A stretch of 64,000 nt of DNA, from positions 2,976,001-3,040,000 of the forward strand of contig OZ176054.1 in NCBI GenBank assembly GCA_964247055.1. Reading direction: 5' to 3'. The notes under the pieces are model-generated. The model was not told the origin of the DNA. It ran no database searches and saw only the letters and a program-made list of their open reading frames with translations. Shown one piece after another: positions 43,666-57,189 of the stretch (positions within the stretch are counted from its first letter, which is position 1; every line of letters begins with the position of its first letter). The DNA is from Paragordius varius. Taxonomy: Eukaryota > Animalia > Nematomorpha. A program made the position numbers and the translations under genes.

Positions 43666-46600
43666 TCAACTTTTGTGATTTAGCGAATGTAGGGAACCAT
43701 CTATAAACCTTAAAGAAGCTATTTCTAAACCACTCGTGAAAACATCATCGATACCATCAATAAAATTTGCCGACGGTACATTTTGCAATTCTTTAACATG
43801 CTCAGGAACAATAGATGTTACGACAATTTGATTATTGTTTGACGATTCAGCATTTTCAATCCTATTCTGGTGTCCACGTTTTTCAGATGTTAAATTATCT
43901 TCAAACTTTTCAACACCCGTTTGGTCAAAGCCTTCTGTTTCATCAATCTTTTTACACAATGGTAATTCATTACAGTCCTCTCTTGAGCCAGGTATAAACG
44001 TCATAGAAACTTCTGGATCCTGAAGCGATTTTTCGGTTTTCAAACTGTAATTGCTAGAAATATTGCCATTAAGATTGTAGGGAGTAAAGAGGGGTGGTAG
44101 ACCACGCATAAACCAAATCTTAACACGGTCAACCATATCTTGAAGTGAGGTAGCCAAGTTGTGTAAATGTCGGGTGGATAGGGATCTCGGAATTTCCGTT
44201 GCAGTTTTATAAAGCGATCGTTTCTTATTATTGATATTTTTCGTGCTATTGTTATGATCAGCCAAAGTTGAATTTATATTATGATCACTATTGTTGTGAT
44301 TAAGAGAGTTTGATAAGTAATTTTTACCTTCACCATAAATTAGTGAAGATGGATGGTTATTGCGCTCTTTACCATTCATCAGGAGTCTGTAGAAAAGAGT
44401 ATTATTATTATTATTTCTATGAGCATTAGTACCAATCTTATTCACGGACGAGATTGCATGGCCATAATTATTTTGATTATGGCTAACGTTGAAAGATTTT
44501 GGGGTATTTAATTTGAAGGGGAGCAAAGGTTCTCCGCTACTTTTTCGCCGTCCATCAAACACGGGTCCTTTTTTAGCACGCAATGTCAAAAAATAATTTA
44601 GTGGCCAAATCGTGCGATTTTGCGGGCTAGGTTTCGGAGAAGCTTTATAAGAATTGTTAGAAGAGAATGAGATACAGTTATTATCACTCTTGTGAAGCAA
44701 AGTACTTCTTTCATATTTTCCAGTTACGTCGTAATCAACATTATTACAAACGCCATGGCTAGTCTCGTCAGATAGTTTCACCGCATTAAAACCCAAATCT
44801 TCCTCGATGGAATCGAGTTTAGGTCGATGATTTGGAATATAATTGACTAGAATATTATTATTATTATTATTGTTATCGACAAAGTTGCCGGCGGCAGCAG
44901 CAGGATTTACAGTTTCACTAAAACTATTTCCATTTCCAGCTGTCGCAGTCCCGATAACCCACGACCCGCCAATTATATCAAAGAGACCGGCCGTTTGTTT
45001 AGCCGCTGCAAAAGCATTGGCTATTGAGGAGAGGGGCGTTAAAATGGATGAACGGTTTGAACCTATGCTCCGATGATGCAGACGATTCCTTCGCCAAATA
45101 TTGTATTGAGCGTATATGGCTTCACGTACCTAATGAGCAAAGTGTAAGATTTTAGCAAAACTCAAATCTCAGGTTATATTAGTGAAAAAAATAAGGCTTT
45201 AAAAAGAGTTAAAACTTACATCGGGATTCAGGAAACAACAGTAGAGCGATATGCAAAAGCCCTATAAGAAAAATAGATGATTATGATTAGTATAATGAAA
45301 AATAAGGATTGAAACCGAACGCTTTTTGTTTCATTTTAAAACTCTGATAATTTTACACTTTGTGAATAAATAAAAAATGGGAGTAATGACATTCGAATTT
45401 ACATATACTTATTTCGAACCACAAAAATATATAATGTTTTTTTGAAACTATATAATTCGAAAAAGTGAGTTTGGTTAACCGATTCCAGTAATTCTCGTTC
45501 CACAAAAACTGTTTCTGTGTGAAAAAATAATGATATTTACATACTTGAGTAGCTATGATGGCGCATTGTATAATTTGAAACGTTCTATTGGGTTTAATAT
45601 ACCAATAATGGAATATGCCCAACAGGCTGATAAGAAAGAAAAAGCCTTTGCACGATTTTCTATAAATAATTGTATATGTGTATAAAGTATTGAAAAATTT
45701 AAAATATTTTACAACCTAGTTTAAAAAGCATATCTGTACCATATTAATATAAATATATAGGTAAAATAATTCAATTATACATCTAAATCTAAAACCAGCA
45801 TCATCTTAAATAAAGCAATCATTATCACAATATCAAATTGACAAACAAACCAAATTAAACAACTTTTATCATTTTTTTCAATAAGTATTCTCCTTTTGTC
45901 GCTTGATTGTAAAAATATTTTAACCATAATACTTAATATTATTCATCATAATGTAATTACGAAAGCTTATTTGTTTAATATGTACCCTAATTTCCTTTAC
46001 CATAAATTGGTTTTATATAGAAATGAAGTCAAGTTAATATGTTGTGAAAAAATATTTACCGTCCAGTGGCGACATGAGAACAATATGTTTGCACAACTTT
46101 ACATATAACAGCTATCATAACAGCCAAATTTATCTATAATATATAAAAAATATTCAATAATCTTGATAAAAATATTTATACATTCTTTATTGTTATCAAA
46201 AATTTGCAATTTAAAAAAAGAGAAAAATTTATATCAAGATTTTCGTATTCAAAAGAGTAATAGCTAAAAAATACCCCAACAATAATCATCCATATGATTG
46301 CCAATTCCACGTTGACAAAGATAACTTTTCTATACAAAAAATCGTGAAAAAATGTTTTACAAAAATTTATTTATTTATTTACAAAAGTATAAAGGAACCT
46401 TGGAGAACCATTATATACCATTTATACCTTAAATTCACTATTGAATACTTTCACCCTTGAACATTACATCACCTTTGAACATTTCAAATTCACCCAAAAA
46501 ATAAATTATGTGTATTTAAGCTAATCTAACCATTAATAATAAAAATAATAGCATAATTTATCGTTTTCTTCTATATTAGGTTAAACATTTCAAATTTTTG

Positions 46601-49600
46601 ATATACAAAAATTAAAATGTTTAAGGGTAAATTTAAAATGTTAAAGGGTGAATTTGAGGTGTAAATGGTATATCGCACCCAATTATGTGGTATAAAAAGC
46701 GTATTAATTATTTAATATAAATAAGGCTTATACGATCTTTTATATCCTTCTTTAATGATCCAATTAATGGTAAATCCACCGACTATAATAAAGGGTAGAA
46801 TCCATCCAATAGTTACCCAAACGCGTAATGGGTATCGGTGAGAAAAGGCTCTGAACAATACTTGAAACAAGAGCAAGCTTTCACACAGCATCCAAAAGTA
46901 AATGGACGTGTTAAAGTAGTAATAGGCAATAGAAAATATATTGTCCAGATACTAAAAAAGACAATATAAAAAAAGGAGTTATATATGGGTATATTTTCAA
47001 AGCAAAACCATAAAATTAAGGAAACAGCCATATGATTTTTTATTACCATTGTGTGATTACAATCGTTAATATATAATAATTGAAATAGTAAAATGAAGTT
47101 CTAAAGCGTTTTAGTTTTCACGTTTTGTTATTATAATTCCAATTTTCACTTTATAAATTCATCTTAATCTTTTTGAATAAACATTTTATGATGGATTCAA
47201 AAATGGTTACTAGTAAAATACTATGAAATTATCTTTGTGGATTAGAAAAACAACATATATATACGTATAAAATTGAAAATCGGGGTATCTCCTCGTGAAG
47301 TTTTTTGTACAGTATCTCGTATTTCAACTTTTTAAAAGTGTTTTGAGCCTCCAAAATCGATTTGGTGTCATTGGTATAATTAATTTGTAGAGTTTGATTA
47401 TGGATAGTAGTTGAAACATTTTCAGTAGTTGCAAAGCTAGTATTATTTTTAAAAATGCTATTATTCGCCTGATATGGCTTCTGAAATTGTAAGGAGGATT
47501 GTTGTTGAGTCATCTTTATCTGATCCTTGATGGCTAAAATTTTGTCCATGTTAAGTTTGGTGTGATTTTGTCGCAAAGTTTTTATGTGTTGCAAAGATAA
47601 CCAGACCACAATGTAAAAAATAAAGGATAGAATGAGATGGCAATGAATAGTGTTCCGTAAACATTTGAGCGTCCTACATTAATTATTATTACATGGAAGA
47701 AATGACAAATACATTTTACACCTTATATTCACACAAAAATAAATTAAACGTTTTAAAGATTAAAAATTACTTACCTATATTTTTGATATTGTTAAATATG
47801 AAATTTTGTTTAACACTTGGATACAACACATTCATTTTAGTCCTTCGATTCAACGGTAGTTAAATACCCCAGACGTGTTTAAAATTAAATTATTAAAAAA
47901 ATATGGAAGGAATCAAAACCATGGCAAAATTTTGCATTTATATGACATTAATAAACCGAAATATATACTTGATATTACTTATTTTAAGCTAAAACACAAA
48001 GGTAAAAATTTAGTTAACGTAACATGTGTGCAATGGTAATTGAAAAATAATACAAAATAACCCGCTTTTTCTATTTCTATCAATGTTAGATGTAATTTAT
48101 ATAAAAAATTAGCTTTAGTTTTACCCTAAAAATTAAATAAAGACGATATTTTGCAAAAATTTTGTAAAATAAAAATAGCGTCGAAGTAGTTTGAGATGGA
48201 ACTTTTTTTTCAAAAAAAATTTTATTAAGATATTTTGGCATATATCTATAATATTTATCAGGATAGAAGCATCAATTTAAATTGGGACCGTTTCCTTCAG
48301 TAGTTTTTTAAAAATATAAATTTAAATTTAATCTGGGGTATTTAGATACCCCAATTTGAATCGAAGTGTTAAACTTAAATAATACGGAAAAAATAATAAA
48401 TTATGCCATAAAGAAAAAATTCATATTGATGATGAGTTATGTTAGCCTGAAAACACATAATTTATTGTTAGGGTTAATTGTTCAAGGGTAAATTTTACAT
48501 GTAAAAGCTAAAAATAAATTTGTTTTCAATGATATGCACTACACAAGTAGGAAAAGAGGGCATTTCCCCCCACTACACCAAAAAAATGGCAAACGCCCAC
48601 GATTTTAAGATTAAGAAACATGAATTATCTATCTAATATTGTATAAAAAATTCAAAAAATTCTCTTAAGGGATTAAATACCATGTAAAAACGTAATCTTC
48701 AAATAAAAATCATGTATGCCAGTGATTAATGCATCAAAACTATAAAAAACTTCAAGATTGATAATGTATATTAAACATAATATATGATACAGCCGCAAAA
48801 TGTTTGAAAAAAATTTCCAATATACTTTTTTGCATGCAACTTATTTCAATACGTTGCGTAACATTTAAGCACTATTAGCTACGTTTTAAATCCTAATTAC
48901 ATTACATTAGTTAATGGTTAAAACAGTAATTTCTATAAGTTTAAAATATAACTAATTTACCGTAGATTTTTTAGCAGCAAATAAGCTATGATAAGGGATA
49001 CCAAGGAGAGGCTAAATCCAATTCGATATGTCAACACATACTAAATTTAGATATGCAAATTAAAAATATATGATTCAATAAAAAAGTTTATTCACATGTG
49101 GATTCAGAAATTAATATAAAGGATATTTTGCCAAAATTTGGTTCCGATTTCATATTTTTGGTCACAAAAAATTATATTAAAATAATGATAATACAAAGAT
49201 ACATAACAATAGAAAATGTTTGTATGCTATTTTTCTTTAAAAATTTTAAAATGTATAGAATTAGGAACAATTTCAAATCTTACTGACCTTTTCTCTTTCC
49301 GAATTGGATTATTATATAACAGAGCTTAATCTTGTAAATAAAGTATTATTTTGAAGGTTTTTCTAGTTAAAATTTAATTATCTAGATTCTTTTCCTGTAT
49401 TAGAATAAAAAGCTTATATTTTTACAGTTTTGCGACTTCTAGATCTTAAATTAGGACAACTCTATAATACGATTAAACTATAATCAATAAATATCAAGTT
49501 TAAAATGTAAACCTTAAAGCCTAGTAAAGTTAATTATTTACCTTTTATAACCATAATATACATTTATATACCTGTTACAATAGCGATTCAAAAAAAATTA

Positions 49601-52600
49601 AAGAAAAAAATCGCGAAGAAAATCTTTGAGAAATGAGGATTTTTTTACAATTTTATATATTTTTTAAAAAATTGCATAATGCGCCTAAAAGGCTAAATAA
49701 AATGTATTTAATTTGGCTTAAATACTTTTTAAGATGTTTATTTAAATCGCTCTGGGATGTAAAACTACAACAAAAGGTAATTGAGTGTTTAGGGTATTTT
49801 TTAATTAGTGAATAGAGAAAATTTAAATGTTAAATAAAAAAATCCATACTTTCTCATGTCCTTAAAAAAAAAATTTTTATTTAGCAAAAAAGCTTATTTA
49901 TATATTAATTGACACGAAAACGGGAAATACTCATAAAAATTAGATAATAGGAGTTAGGAATTTTGTAATTGACTATTCGTTTTTTTAGATTTTAATTCCG
50001 TCAAATTAAAATGGTTAGGATACACATACATTTACCCAGAAAGCTAACAGAGAGTCAATAAACTTTCAGGAAATTACTTTATAAAATTTAGCTTAAATAG
50101 TATAATTAAAAATTTGTTGTCTAGCGTAATTATGTATATTGTATGTTGTAACTGTAAAACAGATTTTTTTATTTATGACATTATTAATTATTAATATTTT
50201 GGATCGCTCTCGCTGGAAAAAAATTAATTGACGTAAATATGAATTTTTTATGATATATATATATATATATATATAAACAGTATATAAAATATACTTTATT
50301 TTTTATGCCAATTAATCGCTCCAGAGATGCAGAAAAAATATTTTAGCCGGGATTAATTTTATATTAATATTTTATAACAAATAACCGTTTTTTTGTTTAA
50401 ACAATTCAACAGAATTATTTAATATAATATTATCGTTTCACCGTTGTATGTTAAATTATTTATGGGTGGGAAAAAAATCGTGCACATTATTTAATTTACT
50501 GACTAAAATATTTTTCAATATTTTACAAAAAACCAAAAATTAAAAACCATATTATTTTAGGATGGTTTATGAGGTCCAAATAGAGAAAAAAATGCAAACA
50601 AAAAATAATCTTTGCCAATTAAATTACTTTTAGAGCTAATTATATTCTCTTTACCTCAAAATAAAAATCATAGTTTCTATTCCCAAATTAAGGGAGTTAT
50701 TGAATGAGCAGACGTTTTAATCATGACTTTATTTAAAGTATTTCTATTTAAAACATAAAGAGGTAACAATGGCTCACTGAAAAAATTAGTCCCCGCAAAA
50801 TGATCGTTTATATAAATTGTAATTATTTAACACTTGGATACAACACATTCATTTTAGTCCTTCGATTCAAATTGGGGTAGTTGGATACCCCAGGCCTGTT
50901 TAAAATTAAATAATTTAAAAATTATGAAAGGCATAGAAACCAGGGCAAAATATTGCACTTATATAACATTAATAACCCGGAATATATAAAAAACTTTTTT
51001 CAAAAATACTTGATATTACTTATTTTAAGGTAAAACCCAAAGGTAAATTCACCGTGACATATGTGCATTCATTGGTTTTGAAAAATAATACAAAATAAAC
51101 CACTTTTTTTATTTAATCAATGTTAGATGTGATTTAAATGAGCAATTAGCTTTTATTTTAGCTTTAAAATTAAATAAGCATAATATTTTGCGAAAATGGT
51201 GTAAAATAAAAATGGCGTCGAAGTAGTTTGATATGGAACTTTTTTTAAAACTAAAATTTATTTAGATATTTCGGCTTATGTATATAATTTACATTAGAAT
51301 AGAAATATATATTTAAATTGGGACTATTTCTTTCAGTATTTTTTTAAAAATATCAAATTAAAAATAGTCTGGGGTATTTAGATACCCCAATTTGAATCGA
51401 AGTGTTAAATAATAAAATTTATTAAGCCAAAAAAAGTTTTAGCATTACAAAGGTTTAACAAATTACTAACCTCATAATTTGTTTCGGGATCTTTCACAAG
51501 ATTTTTTGGTATTTTGGTCGGCGAAAATGCTAAAGAAAAATTTTTCATAGCTAATTTAGATTGTCGTTTTACAGTGGTGGTTTTGTTGTAAGTTAAGCTT
51601 GACTGGGAGGTAGATTCAAATCTAATTTTGTCGGTATAATTGTTTGCTGTTTTGTTGCTATTTAACAATGGAGGAGCAGAAATATTTGTTGATAATGATA
51701 ATAAAGGCGGCCGTAGATCTTCATCAATAATATTTTCACTGTTAACAACAAAATTTGAAAATACTGGTAAGGCTTGGGGATCAAAATTATTTTTAACATT
51801 CCTTCCATACCTGGAACCCCCCGATGTATTCCTGGTCGAATCATTCAAGTTACGTTTGTAAAGATGATTCATTAATTTAGAGTTTTGTAAGTAAGTAGGA
51901 TTATTTATCCGTACAGAAGGAGGGGGGACTAAGGAAAGATTTACCCTGTTATCCATGTCCTTTGTAGTTGACATATTCTTTTGTGCTGCTAGTTTTAAAT
52001 GCAATGTAGAGCTGCCATTCTCATATTGATTACGGTTTATATTTCCAAAAACGAATCTGTCATGGCCAGTATCATTACTTATTAGATTATTTAAGCCATA
52101 CAGTGTGCTGTTTCCCACATAAGATGGTTCAATCGAGCTGAATGGGGCCAAAGAACTAAGTGAAAGATTTTGGGGAATCATACTTTTAAGCGAAGTTAAA
52201 AGTTTTTAGTGGTGATACATACGTCATATTTTGTCTAATAAAAAATATTTGAGAGTATATAAAGGGCTCCAAAATTAATCGTAAAATTACGGATATCTAA
52301 AATACAAACCTAACAACAACATACATAAAAAATGGTATTTAAAAATTACATATATAGGTAATTAGCAGATTAGGATGTATAAAAAGTAAAAAGCAAAGGC
52401 TATATACATACATATCATGTATTATGAAAAAAAATTCTAAATTTAGATTATTTTCAAAGATTTACACAAAAACAACAGGTAAAACAACATTACTATTTCA
52501 TACAATGAAAAAACACTTAATATTTTTAAAAACATGCATGTTTAGGTATAAAAAATATATATATATAAACTCCAACAAAATATAACCCATTTATATATGC

Positions 52601-53189
52601 AAAAAATTATATATTTATATATATATATATATATATATACGATAGTTAATAAATATAATTATTCAGTTATTAGATTACAATGACAATAAATTAATCAAAA
52701 TTTTGCTTAAAACCAAATTTGGCATGTACGTACCAGACAGAAAATAAAACAATAAATAAAGTACAAATTTCAAAAATAAATTAATTACATTTAAAAATTT
52801 GTACAGCTAACCAATTTTGATTGGGAAAGGGGGGCGAAATTTCACTCTAAAAAATGTTGTACAAAAAATCACTCGTTTAAAATCTAAAAATAGAGGAAAA
52901 ACAAAAAACGAAATTATAAAAACTAATATTATCCATTAATGTTTAAGTTCATAGAACTACCATCATATATTAATAATGATAAGCTATAGTAAGTGTAATA
53001 ATGTATTGTAGATTTTATATTTTTTGAAATGTTCAACAAGTTTTTTTAAAAAATGATATAATTACTTAATTAGCAAAGTTAAAAGTTTACCTGGTACAGA
53101 GCATAAAAAGTACAAAAAAGAATAAGTAATAAGGATGCAATCGAAATCAGGTTTATATAATGTTGAAATTGAGCATTCGTTCGTTTCAT
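43666..53189 (-). CDS. Divergent class B1 (secretin-family) GPCR, CRF/DH44-receptor-like, ~1,112 aa
   Basis: Phase-consistent model: 53189-53091 (signal), 52846-52812 (tentative), 52182-51471, 49461-49426, 49040-48961 (TM1 IGFSLSLVSLIIAY), 47673-47265 (TLKCLRNTIHCHLILSFI), 46951-46734 (YFWMLCES, IGWILP), 46329-46275, 46133-46060 (INLAVM), 45659-45545 (KGFFFLISLLG), 45261-45220 (42-nt GFCISLYCCFLNPD), 45129-43666 (VREAI helix 8 plus tail); total 3339 nt. 7TM exons are firm; N-terminal exons are less certain. Confidence 0.85.
46414..46672. mobile_element. MITE family C copy in GPCR intron
   Basis: TATACCATTTA...GTAAATGGTATA. Confidence 0.8.
47810..48372 (+). mobile_element. MITE family A copy 4 (GPCR intron)
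   Basis: TTAA-CACTTGGATAC...GAATCGAAGTG-TTAA. Confidence 0.9.
50827..51408 (+). mobile_element. MITE family A copy 5 (GPCR intron)
   Basis: Full consensus with TTAA at both ends; the 51405 ORF stop lies in its TSD. Confidence 0.9.
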
Positions 53190-54419
53190 TTGATAAAATT
53201 AGTCATAAAATATTTATTTGCCTTTGAAAATATTTATGTTGATTATTATATTGATTGACCGCAAATTAGAAAGCTAATTAATTAATTGATAAATTATTGC
53301 ATTAATAAAAAGTCAAAATTAACTAACGGCAAAGAAACAGGTATGTACGTAAAAGCATCGATATATATATATATATAAAAATAAGTGTCTAAAAAATCTA
53401 AAACTGTGCATAAATATCAAATAAATTTTTTTTGTATTTTCTTATGAACCTCTTCACATTCCTAAAAATGGTTTTTTAACTGTAAAGTGCGCCAGCTAGT
53501 ATGTTAAAAAAATGGAACGTTTTTGTGGGAATGTTTTAATTTTTATATGAATTATCCAAAAATATTGGATAAAAATAAAAAAATATATGAGCTTTGTCTG
53601 CAATAAATTTTTCAATGCAAATCTTAGCCTACATTTGTAGTTTGTGCGGAATCTAAAAATTGCAAATCACAATAATTGACTATCCCAGGCCTATTTTTAA
53701 AAAAACGACAACAATTATAAATGTTCTAAAAAGCTTTAATACGATTGCTCGAAAACTAAATAAAATTTAATTAAATAAAAAAGCTTTATAACAAAAACTG
53801 TTTTGCGGTATTAAAGTTTTATTCAAACTTTTAGTAAAGTTTCTAATATATGGCTAATTTAGGTCATAAACTTTTTATAATGGCAAAAAACATAAATAAT
53901 TTTTATAATTAACTATTGATTTAAGTGGTCAAAATTTTGCCAGCAGGTGAACCACAAAAAAATTACTTATGGATTTTAATAATTCTTATTTAGCGCAATA
54001 TTATATTAGTAAAAGAAATCATTATTGAAACAGGCATGGGATAATCTATCGAAAAAGAAAGAATTGGGAGTGACGTCATATAAAAGAAATAAATGCCAAA
54101 AAGAAGCACGTTAAACAGCTGACTCGCAATACTTTTGCTTGTAACATTTTTAGTTATGCAAGATGGTGGCTATTCATGGACAAAACATACAAAAATACTT
54201 TTACAAATGGTGTGAAATTTATGTACAATATGTTTGCCCATGTAATATCATATACCTAAACACCCTACCAAACTGACATAATGTTAGCAATAATCTGGCC
54301 TGAAAATGTTTACAATAAAAATTTGTAAATTCAATCATGATTTTACGATTATTTAGTAAAAACTATATCGGCTAAAATTGGGTCTTAAAGTAAAAAACCA
54401 AAAATATCAAAGCAGCCCG

Positions 54420-54619
54420 CAGAGGCGTAGCTAGAGTGAGAAAAATAGTTGAAAGGGCGCTGGATTATTTTAAAAAATTTAAATTTATTCAAAAGTTATT
54501 GTTTCAAATAATACATAAAATAATCACCCCATTATGTCCACGGTTGTTTGAATTCGTTATTATTTAAAATGCAAGGGGTTGGATAGAGGGGGGCGCCAGG
54601 AATGCAAGGTATGCCTCTG
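54420..54619. mobile_element. hAT-type MITE (family F) copy
   Basis: CAGAGGCGTAGC...GCCTCTG termini, homologous to 40742-40967; TSD imperfect. Confidence 0.65.
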
Positions 54620-55553
54620 GCGCCCGCGAAGAAATTAGTGTTTAGAAGCGATTAATAGCATAAGTAATTCAAATACTCTTAAATATTAAATGGTTAACAA
54701 TCAATCGTGTTGAATGGAAAAATATATTTTATCAAACAATTTGATTTAAACGGGCTTAAAAATAAAATATACAGTTTTTTTCCTTTTTTTAAAAAAAAAG
54801 GACTTAAATTGTATCCGGAAAGGCTTTTAACACTCGCCTGCCCAGGGCTGACAGTGATGGTGTAGATAGATCAATTAATAGAAGCATATATCCTGAATAA
54901 GCTCAATAAAATATATTTATAGCGCTTAAAACGAAAAAATAAATTTTTTATTTTTTAAATTATTAGAAAATGTTGATATATATATTTAATATCAAAAAAA
55001 TATGTTTCTTCTTATTCACCAATCAATATTTTAAATGATCAAACTTAAATACTGACTGAGAAAAAATATTATTTAAACATAAATTGACCAAAGTATATTT
55101 TATGTGAAACTTTTAAAAAACCATACATTTTTAATTATATTGTAGTAGAAGCAATTTCCATTAAAAGTTTTTATTTTTAAGATACTGTCACGCAAGGATG
55201 GAATTAATTTAAAGAAAAATTAAATTTTATAAGAAATGTTTTATTATTAAACAGGCTAATAGATTTAGCTAGCATATGTGACTAGTCGCATGGTAAAAAC
55301 CCGTTTTTAAACAATAAGTTGAAGATTTAAACGCTAAACGTAATATAAAGACGAAAAATAAAAAAAAAATGTATAAATTTAAATAATAATATCATCAACT
55401 CTTAAAATTACAAAATTTTATCAAAAAAAGAATCATAATTTTAACTTATTTACATAAAAAATGGAACAAGCATTTTTTCGTTTCGAAGTTCAGGGTTGAA
55501 TATAGTATAGTATTAATCTACTTGGAAAAAATTTATTATCCTAATTTGCACAT

Positions 55554-56119
55554 TTAACACTTGCATACAACACATTCATTTAAATCCTTCGATTCAAATT
55601 AAGGGATACCCCAAGCCTGTTTAAAATTGAATTCTTTAAAAAACGGGGAAGGAATTGAAACCATGGCAAAATTTTGAACTTATATAACATTAATAAACCG
55701 AAATATATAAAAAATTTTACTCAAAAATACTTCATAATATCTATTTTATGCTAAAACCGAAAGGTAAAAATTTAGTCAACGTGACATGTGTGCAATGGTA
55801 AAATTGAAAAATAATACAAAATAAACCGCTTTTTCTATTTTTATCAATGTTAGATGTAATTTAAATAAAAAATTAGCTATAATTTTACCCTTAAAATTAA
55901 AATGATGACGATATTTTGCAAAATTGTGTAAAATAAAAATGGCGTAATTTGACGTAGAACTTTTTTTCAAAATAAAATTTTTAAGTATTTTGGCATATTT
56001 CTATAATTTTTATTAGGATAGAAGCATAAATTTAAATTGGCGTTTCCTTCCGCAGATTTTTAAAAATCCTAACTTAAATCTACTCTGGGATAATATCCCA
56101 ATTTGAATCGAAGTGTTAA
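55554..56119 (+). mobile_element. MITE family A copy 6
   Basis: TTAA-CACTTGCATACAAC...AATCGAAGTG-TTAA. Confidence 0.88.
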
Positions 56120-57156
56120 AATGCACCGCTACAACATTATAAATATTTGACATCAGTTAGAGAAGATATTATTGCAGCATAAAGAATAAAAAAAATCCGG
56201 AATTTATGAAATAATTAAACCCCTATCTCATCAATTGTCTCAAACTTAAATGGATGGGCACATTGCAAAAGTTAAAAATTTATATGTCAAGTAGGTAATG
56301 ACAGGTATATAAAAATTCAAAGCTAGCTGCAAAATACAATAAATAAAATATTTCATAGAAATATATTACTTGCAGCCAATATTGGCGAAAATGAATCTAT
56401 CAAATAGCTAAGATAAAATATTTCCGTAAAGTATGTTCCCCATTCAAAGTTAATAAAAAACCAAAGTTTGATTTACAAATATGCAGAATGTTAAAAAGCC
56501 ATTTACTTGAATTAGCCGGTGATTCTATGGCCATTTAGCAGCATGAGGGTTTTATAAAAAAGGTACAAATAAGTATAAGAGGGCAGATTTTACAATCAAT
56601 AATAGGTATTTGTATGTCATTATTCGGCCTTTATATTTAAATTTTTGAATGCAAATTTATATAAAAATGGGCTCTTTCAGAAAAAAGTTGGTATTACTAA
56701 AAACCCCTCATATAAAATTATAATTTATATTCATTCAGAAATAAGCCAATCATCACATGACTTCCGCCCCAGCCTAAAATCAGGGATAAAAAATTTGATT
56801 CCATATATTAAGTGTACAAGGGCCGATACCCTAACGGTTAGGATTATCATTGTTCTTACACACTAATTTATATGATATTTTAAAATTATGTCCTGATTAC
56901 TGATCATTTTATGAGTGCCAATTATTTCTTTATTGCAGAAAAATATGAATTTTACAACCAAATCTTCATTTCTATTAAGCACTATCATTTAAAATAAAAA
57001 GGGACAAAAAAGAAAACAAATTAAAATAATAAATCGTGAAAAAATTAAAGAAAATAATAATCTAGGTTGGATTGAAAAAATTCGTCTTAAGTAATTATAA
57101 AACGGTAACAGAGCTGACAAACATATATGTAAAATCTGTCGTACAAAAATGCAGAC

Positions 57157-57189
57157 CACTCATCAATACGATACAATTATATGACTTGA
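57157..57189 (-). ncRNA. Degenerate remnant related to the hammerhead/pLTR sequence
   Basis: CCACTCATCAATACGATACAATTATATGACTTG matches 13710-13742 at about 28 of 33 positions; core reads UUGAUGA and stem II/GAAA are lost, so it is presumably inactive. Confidence 0.4.

Larger units (their letters stand above)
17550..47060. repeat. ~29.5-kb imperfect palindrome (inverted segmental duplication), axis near 27.0/30.6 kb
   Basis: Mirror homologies read by eye: 17555-17900/46640-47050; 17960-18460/46050-46600; 19200-19490/45220-45750; 19490-19930/40970-41420; 19930-21870/38905-40740; 23350-23750/33700-33752+36443-36850; 23750-26960/30730-33700. Confidence 0.92.

Noticed and set aside
43815-45076. 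Plus-strand ORFs 43815, 43835 and 44843 (and 51640/51662 region ORFs)
   Set aside because: Antisense or alternative-frame shadows of the long GPCR exons.
46265-46329. Alternative frame KSYLCQRGIGNHMDDYCWG as a Cys-containing ECL2
   Set aside because: It is incompatible with flanking splice phases and hits TAG. Differences to the mirror copy are synonymous only in the KVIFVNVELAI frame.
46813-47049. ORF MVIKNHMAVSLILW... as GPCR TM2, needing an 11-nt intron
   Set aside because: A far better TM2 (TLKCLRNTIHCHLILSFI) lies at 47673-47590 with phase-compatible splice sites. This ORF is intron plus an out-of-frame exon.
17550-47060. Palindrome as an assembly or fold-back read artefact
   Set aside because: The arms are visibly diverged and have arm-specific insertions with their own TSDs and deletions, which an artefact would not produce.
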